A DNA stretch of 64,000 nt from Chloroflexota bacterium (GTDB taxonomy: Bacteria; Chloroflexota; Anaerolineae; UBA4142), in NCBI GenBank assembly GCA_016215025.1, contig JACRMI010000139.1:20862-84861 (forward strand), read 5' to 3'. Position 1 is the stretch's first letter, and each line of letters starts with the position of its first letter. Shown in pieces: positions 62,637 through 64,000 of this stretch. Below the pieces are notes generated by a model. The model did no database searches. It was not told where the DNA came from and worked only from the letters and a program-made list of their open reading frames with translations. Position numbers and translations under genes: made by a program.

Positions 62637-63239
62637 TTAGCGTGTCTTTTTCGCAGCAGCGATTGGCTGCCGAGGTTTGCGGCTAACCTGTTTGTACCGA
62701 AAACATTCGGTTGTATGATCGTTGACCATGCCTGCCGCTTGCATGAACGCGTAACAAATCGTCGAGCCAACGAACTTGAATCCACGCGCTTTCAAGTCTT
62801 TGCTCATCGCATCCGATTCTTTGCTCGTGGCTGGAATTTCTTTGAGCGATTTCCATTCATTGCCAATCGTTTTGCCGCCTGTAAATTGCCAGATGTATTT
62901 ATCGAACGAACCGAATTCCTTTTGCACGGCAAGGAAACATTGCGCGTTCGTGATCGCCGCTGCGATCTTGAGTCGATTGCGAATAATGCCCGCGTCGTTC
63001 AATAATCGTTTCGTGTCTTTCGCATCGAATTTCGCTATTTTCTTCGCATTGAAATTATCGAACGCCTTGCGAAAGTTCTTGCGTTTGTTCAGCACAATCG
63101 CCCAACTGACTCCCGCTTGAAAGCCATCGAGAATCAAAAACTCGAACAGCTTGCGGTCATCATGCACGGGCACACCCCACTCTTCGTCATGATAGCGGAT
63201 CATAAGCGGATTGTTGCCGCCCCATTCACAGCGTTGCAT
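62637..63239 (-). CDS. tag: DNA-3-methyladenine glycosylase I
   Basis: MQRCEWGGNNPLMIRYHDEEWGVPVHDDRKLFEFLILDGFQAGVSW..IL.KR..FR.AF..F matches the Tag signature. AAGGAG SD sits before ATG 63239 (the ORF is open to 63338). Confidence 0.85.
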   Translation of the reverse strand: MQRCEWGGNNPLMIRYHDEEWGVPVHDDRKLFEFLILDGFQAGVSWAIVLNKRKNFRKAFDNFNAKKIAKFDAKDTKRLLNDAGIIRNRLKIAAAITNAQCFLAVQKEFGSFDKYIWQFTGGKTIGNEWKSLKEIPATSKESDAMSKDLKARGFKFVGSTICYAFMQAAGMVNDHTTECFRYKQVSRKPRQPIAAAKKTR

Positions 63240-63259
63240 TGTTAGCTCCTTTGAATATG

Positions 63260-63284
63260 TAGGGCAAATTTCCAATTTGCCAAC
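63260..63284 (-). repeat. 5'-UTR hairpin motif TAGGGCAAATTTCCAATTTGCCAAC (second copy of 21141-21165)
   Basis: ggcaaatt / aatttgcc stem located just upstream of the tag SD. Confidence 0.6.
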
Positions 63285-63492
63285 TTCCAAGCTTGCGGTA
63301 CGACGATGGCATTGTAGCGATTTTTGTCTGTGGGTCAATGGGTGCGTTGACCTATTTCAATCTCCAAAACTGCTACTTGATTCTGACCTAATCCTGACTT
63401 GGAATTATTGACAGCGAAAGAATGTTAGCATATACTAACAACAAGAGTTTTTACTGCATTACTAATTTCTTCTTCTTGGAGGTCACACCCCT

Positions 63493-64000
63493 ATGCTCAA
63501 ACTCCCCCCGCAAGATTCTACCCATGCAGAATCGGTCCAAACCGAAACGCGCGAGATGATTTTGTTAACGCTCATTCGCGGCGAAGAAAATGGTCGATTC
63601 GTATCTTCTGCTGAACTGGCACGCGAGTTGAATGCCGATGTTTCGGTGGATGTGCGTTTGCTGATCGAACAATCATTCGTCTGCAACGATTCTACCGGTC
63701 TGCTTTGCTTGACGCAAACCGGACGCGACAAGGCGCGCGGATTGTTACGCCGGCATCGTCTGGCCGAACGCCTTTTCACCGATGTGCTTAATCTGGATTG
63801 GGCGCGCGCCCATGAAGAAGCGGACAAACTTGAACATTCGCTTTCGTCGACGGCTGAAGCGCAACTCGCGACTACACTTGGCTATCCGGACACGTGTCCA
63901 CATGGGAATCCGATTCCGAGTGGTCCAGATAGCGCAAGCGATTCGCGTTCCATGCCTCTCACGGAATGTCTACCCCTGACCGATGTCACTATCGTGCGGA
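63493..64000 (+). CDS. DtxR/MntR-family metal-dependent transcriptional regulator (3' end outside window; not in the ORF track)
   Basis: Hand translation from ATG 63493 (GGAGG sits 10 nt upstream) shows no stop to base 64000. The sequence ...LTQTGRDKARGLLRRHRLAERLFTDVLNLDWARAHEEADKLEHSLS...LGYPDTCPHGNPIP matches the DtxR-family helix and metal-site motifs. Confidence 0.8.
   Translation, partial: MLKLPPQDSTHAESVQTETREMILLTLIRGEENGRFVSSAELARELNADVSVDVRLLIEQSFVCNDSTGLLCLTQTGRDKARGLLRRHRLAERLFTDVLNLDWARAHEEADKLEHSLSSTAEAQLATTLGYPDTCPHGNPIPSGPDSASDSRSMPLTECLPLTDVTIVR

Overview
A 64-kb bacterial chromosomal window, about 55-60% GC by eye and densely coded. I found no rRNA, tRNA, CRISPR array, transposase or integrase. 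The taxon cannot be fixed from sequence alone. Pro/Thr-rich linkers, beta-helix/FG-GAP exoproteins and many hairpin repeats weakly recall Chloroflexota-type environmental genomes.

Gene blocks in order:
- 1-5.1 kb: a pilus-type block with a platform-protein fragment, an A24 prepilin peptidase, a PilN-like protein fused to two PPC domains, and a PilO-like protein fused to LysM.
- 5.2-7.7 kb: a SAM methyltransferase and a polytopic membrane protein.
- 8.2-13.1 kb: two large secreted beta-helix proteins that share an extreme C-terminal (Y/F)LPLI(V/M)(K/R) tail.
- 13.2-22.8 kb: clpC, rpsA, a MoaD/ThiS-like protein, a BNR-repeat protein, a YtcJ-like amidohydrolase and a 3xFN3 exoprotein.
- 23.1-25.4 kb: a Ser/Thr kinase translationally coupled to an FHA-winged-helix regulator.
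- 25.5-39.8 kb, all on the minus strand: a Cys-ligated Mo-bisPGD oxidoreductase in B-C-A order. It comes with an FmdE-like gene, a Tat-motif zinc-ribbon miniprotein, a candidate Moco riboswitch, and two tandem paralogous PhnD-like binding protein / NarX-type kinase / NarL-type regulator triplets.
- 39.9-48.9 kb: an arsenic island with arsR, an arsC-thioredoxin-fold fusion, a lipoyl-carrier GcvH-like protein, two DGC-domain proteins, an Fe-S protein, OsmC, a decayed radical-SAM gene, a Trx-like protein, acr3, Usp, and ArsF/ArsG-like genes. It shows several in-frame stops.
- 51.3-62.4 kb: a kdp locus (kdpFABC, kdpE) with three KdpD-type kinases.
- 62.6-64.0 kb: tag and a partial DtxR/MntR-family regulator.

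Most interesting points:
- Two of the three KdpD-type kinases lack the phospho-accepting His (Gln and Asn instead).
- An undescribed redox module lies between arsC and acr3.
- The tandem split three-component systems sit next to a Ttr/Arr-clade reductase of unknown substrate.

Functional calls come from reading motifs in the supplied translations; no searches were run.
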